A stretch of 64,000 bases of DNA from NCBI GenBank assembly GCA_965248835.1, contig CBDFLJ010000002.1, positions 2,240,001-2,304,000 of the forward strand, given 5' to 3'. Position numbers and translations under genes: made by a program. Positions 60,572-64,000 of this stretch are shown one piece after another; position 1 is the first letter of the stretch, and each line of letters begins with the position of its first letter. The notes beneath the pieces are model-generated. The model saw only the letters and a program-made list of their open reading frames with translations. It was not told the DNA's origin and did not search any database. Source of the stretch: Alphaproteobacteria bacterium (GTDB taxonomy: Bacteria > Pseudomonadota > Alphaproteobacteria > MPNO01).

Positions 60572-61903
60572 GGACGCCTCCATTTACCTCGCGAATTTTG
60601 CCTGGTTGTGATTCTCTGCGGCGGTTCGGTTCGAGGAGGTATTGATGAGGCAGGCTGGTCTGTTCGGCTTACCGGATCATCTTCGGAAGCTATCGGCGAC
60701 GGGTGATCCGTTGGAGGTGCTGGCGAAGGTCGTCGACTTCGAGATTTTCCGCGCGCCGCTTGAGGCGGCGCTGGGCTATTCGGACGGATCGAAAGGCGGC
60801 CGCCCGGCCTACGATGCGGTGGCGATGTTCAAGGTACTGATCCTGGCCGCGCGGCACACGGTGAGCGACGAGCGGATGGAGTTTCTGATCCGCGACCGCT
60901 TGAGCTGGCTTCGCTTCCTGGGCTTCGATCTCGGAGCGCCGACGCCGGACCGCAACACCATATGGATCTTTCGCGAGCGTCTGGTCCGGGCCGGGGCGAT
61001 GGATAAGCTGTTTGCCGCCTTCGATGGCGAACTGCGCCGGTGCGGCTATCTGGCGATGGGCGGGCAGATCGTCGATGCGACGTTGGTATCGGCGCCCAAG
61101 CAGCGCAACAGCGACGACGAGAAGGCGGCGATCAAGGCAGGCAAGAGGGCATCCGAGATCTGGCCCGATCAGCCGGCCAAGGCGGCGCAGAAGGACACGG
61201 ATGCGCGGTGGACGGTGAAGACCGGGCGGCGCAAGAACCCCGCCGGGGCGCAACGGCGCATGCCCGACATCGCGATCCCGGTGTTCGGCTACAGCGAGCA
61301 GGACCGTCGCGCCAGTGGCGCGGCGTAAGCCCGCGCAGCCCATGTCGTCATCGATCGGGCCTACGGCTTCATCCGCAGCTCGGCAGTGACCGATGCCGCC
61401 CGCCATGACGGCAAGATGTTGCGTCATCTCGTCACCGGCGACAATCTGGCCGCCGGCGTGTGGGCCGACAGCGCCTATCGCTCGAAGGCCAACGAGGCGT
61501 GGCTGGCCGGCAAGGGTCGGGTCTCCCACATCCACCGCAAGAAGCCGCCGGGCCGGGCCATGCCCAAGGCGACCGCCCGGGCCAATGCCCGCAAGTCAGC
61601 GGTCCGTGCGCATGTCGAGCACGTCTTCGCCCAGCAGAAGGATCGCATGGGCCTGTTCGTCCGTACCATCGGGCTCGAGCGGGCGGCGGCCAAGATCGGC
61701 CTCGCCAACCTGGCTTATAATTTCCAGCGTCTGATCTTCCATGAGCGCAGCGCCGCCATGGCATGAGTCCGCCCGAATAGCGCCAAAACCCTCCGCCGAG
61801 AACGAAACGGCGGATGATTGCGGACGTCAACACCGCCGATCTCAGCGAAAGTCGGACAGCACACCGAAATCTTCGTCAAATCCCCCGGTTGTTAGAGGTC
61901 TCC
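60572..61903 (+). mobile_element. IS5-family element (1332 bp), copy B; same in-frame stop as copy A
   Basis: Inverted near-identical copy of 37876-39207; transposase 60645-61766 with TAA at 61326-61328. Confidence 0.93.
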
Positions 61904-62809
61904 ACCTGGGTGCCCTCCCCGACGAAGCCGCTCCGCTGATCGTCGGCGACATCGACCGGTTGCCCTCGGTCGGCCCCAGCCAGGTGCTGGCCGACATCAT
62001 GGCCTCCGGCGCGATCCCCGTCGTGCGGTTGACCGAGGTATTCCGTCAGGCGGCGCGAAGCCGGATCGTCACCAGCGCGCACGGGATCAAGCCGGGGCGC
62101 CATTCCCAATCTTGCCAGGCCCGAGGGTGACAGCGACTTCTACTTCGTGCAGGCGGACGATCCGGAAACCGCGGTTCCTATGATCATCGAGTCGGTGAAG
62201 ACGCACATCCCGAAGCGGTTCGGGCTCGATCCGGTGCGCGACATCCAGGTATTGTGCCCGATGAACCGCGGCGCCGCCGGCGCCCGCTCGCTCAACATCG
62301 AGCTTCAGGCCGCCCTCAATCCCGCCGGCGAACGCAAGGTCGAACGCTTCGGCTGGATCTTCGCGCTCGGCGACAAAGTGATGCAGATCGAAAACGATTA
62401 CGACAAGGAGGTCTACACCGGCGACATCGGCACTATCGACGATGTCGATCCCGATGAAGGCGAACTGACCGCGCGTTTCGACGGGCGCGCCGTCGCCTAT
62501 GGTTTCGGCGAGATCGACACCCTGGTTCCGGCATACGCTGCGACCATTCACAAGAGGCAGGGCTCGGAGTATCCCGCCGTCGTCATCCCGATCCTGACGC
62601 AACACTACGCGATGCTTCAGCGGAACCTGCTCTACACCGGCGTGACGCGCGACAAGCGGCTGGTCGTGCTGGTCGGACAAAAGAAGGCGGTGGCCATCGC
62701 CGTGCGCAACGTCTCGGGCAGGCGGCGCTGGTCGAAGCTCAACGAGTGGCTTGGCGATGCGAGTGGCGGCGATGTGGGCAACCGGGTTGCGCTCTCTTCC
62801 AGCTGCTGA
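61904..62809 (+). pseudogene. RecD2-like helicase C-terminal fragment
   Basis: [49 protein letters not shown]; frameshift, 5' truncated. Confidence 0.85.
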
Positions 62810-63012
62810 TCCGGGAAGCGCGCTCGCATGCGGAAATAGCGTTGCATGCCTGACATCGCCTCCGCCGCTTTTCGTTGCCCGCGGGCACGACCTGACTTAG
62901 GCTGCGGCATTGTGGCGACATGTAGGCCAAGAAAATACAGGCCAAGAATACACACGGGGGTAATCGCGACGGGACGTTTCGCCCGGTCGGTCCCCAGGCT
63001 AAGGAGGAACTC

Positions 63013-64000
63013 ATGAAGAAATCCAATATCGTGGCGACCAAGGACCAGCTCCGCCGGATGTATGAGAACATGGTCAAGGCACGCTACTACGAGGATACCA
63101 TGGCGGCGATCTATATGGAGGGGAAGACTCCCGCGTTTGACATCGGCGCCGGCACCGTGCCTGGCGAGATGCATCTGGCGGCGGGCCAGGAGCCCTGCGC
63201 CGTGGGTGTGTGCGTACATCTGCGGCCGGACGATTCGGTCACCGCCACCCATCGACCGCACCATGTCGCCATCGCCAAGGGCGTCGACCTCAACCGCATG
63301 ACCGCGGAGATTTTCGGCAAAAAGGACGGCTTATCCGGCGGCCGCGGCGGCCACATGCATTTGTTCGATCCGGCGGTCAATTTCGGTTGCAGCGGCATCA
63401 TCGGTGAAAGCGCCGGCGTCGCTGCCGGCGCCGCCATGGCAAGAAAGATGCAGGGCACCGACGGCGTCGCAATATCCTATATGGGCGAAGGGGTGACGAA
63501 CCAGGGAGCGTTTCACGAGGCCGTCAATCTCGCCGCTGTTTGGAAGCTGCCCGTGCTTTTTGTGGTCGAGGACAACGGCTACGCCATCTCGGTGACCAAG
63601 GACGCATCTACTGCGGTCAAGCGCAACAGCGACAGGGCCGCCGCCTACGGCATCCCCGGCGAGTATATCGAGAACAACGACACCATGGCGGTGTTTCGGG
63701 CGGCCGGGGAGGGAATCGCGCGGGCTCGGGCCGGCGAAGGACCGATGTTGATTGAGATCGAGACCTATCGCTATTACGGCCATTTCCAGGGCGACGCCGA
63801 GGCCTACCGCCCGGCAGGCGAAGTCGAAGAACTCAAGGGCAAGGATCCGATCGACATTTTCCGCGCCTACATCACGGGCGACGGCGGAGTCGGCGAGCAG
63901 GAAGCCGACGGTCTCGCGGACAAGGCGCACAAGGAGGTCGACGCGGCAATCGAATTTGCCCGCAACAGTCCTTACCCGGAACCCGAGGAAGCGCTCGAGA
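63013..64000 (+). CDS. ThDP-dependent dehydrogenase E1 alpha subunit (acetoin/pyruvate dehydrogenase-like); runs off the window
   Basis: RBS AAGGAGG; H...GQE, THR.H, GRGG.MH, GEG..NQG.FHE..NLA..WKLP, TYRY.GH..GD; absent from ORF track because no stop in window. Confidence 0.92.
   Translation, partial: MKKSNIVATKDQLRRMYENMVKARYYEDTMAAIYMEGKTPAFDIGAGTVPGEMHLAAGQEPCAVGVCVHLRPDDSVTATHRPHHVAIAKGVDLNRMTAEIFGKKDGLSGGRGGHMHLFDPAVNFGCSGIIGESAGVAAGAAMARKMQGTDGVAISYMGEGVTNQGAFHEAVNLAAVWKLPVLFVVEDNGYAISVTKDASTAVKRNSDRAAAYGIPGEYIENNDTMAVFRAAGEGIARARAGEGPMLIEIETYRYYGHFQGDAEAYRPAGEVEELKGKDPIDIFRAYITGDGGVGEQEADGLADKAHKEVDAAIEFARNSPYPEPEEALE

Noticed and set aside
60571-60582. IS5 terminus TGGACGCCTCCA matches the IS1111-type repeat at 57622-57632
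   Set aside because: The enclosed transposase is clearly IS5 (DDE) with its own partner IR; an 11-bp GC-rich match is treated as coincidence
62925-62953. GGCCAAGAA(A)ATACA direct repeat upstream of the E1 alpha gene
   Set aside because: Could be an operator, but there are only two imperfect copies and no cognate regulator in view
1-64000. CRISPR array, rRNA, complete tRNA, riboswitch, defence system
   Set aside because: No regularly spaced repeats with unique spacers, no cas, RT or nuclease motifs, and no recognisable structured RNA by eye; a covariance-model search was not possible

Overview
GC-rich bacterial window, probably alphaproteobacterial (inferred from the IS families, REP-like repeats and gene content). 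It reads as a decaying accessory island. Intact catabolic and transport genes include LLM monooxygenases, a Baeyer-Villiger monooxygenase, a 2OG-Fe(II) oxygenase, amidohydrolases, a Liv-type ABC operon, a sugar-type ABC/RidA/FAH/DUF1989 cluster and ThDP enzymes. These are interleaved with about 20 complete or eroded insertion sequences (IS5 x5, IS6 remnants, IS3, IS110/IS1111, IS256, IS630, IS1595, IS21) and fragments of plasmid/ICE genes (toprim, radC, traH-traG, recD2). The main structural signal is a duplicated aldolase-cytochrome b module whose second copy was split by an IS5 and separated by an apparent ~21.4 kb inversion between two inverted IS5 copies; both copies carry the same small hairpin insertion with a stop codon. 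The best candidate for an undescribed system is the 40.7-53.5 kb cluster, where an unannotated 53-aa ribbon-helix-helix-like protein precedes a DUF1989 enzyme that has an RHH-like tail of its own. I found no rRNA, complete tRNA or CRISPR array. All product calls come from motif recognition, not database searches.
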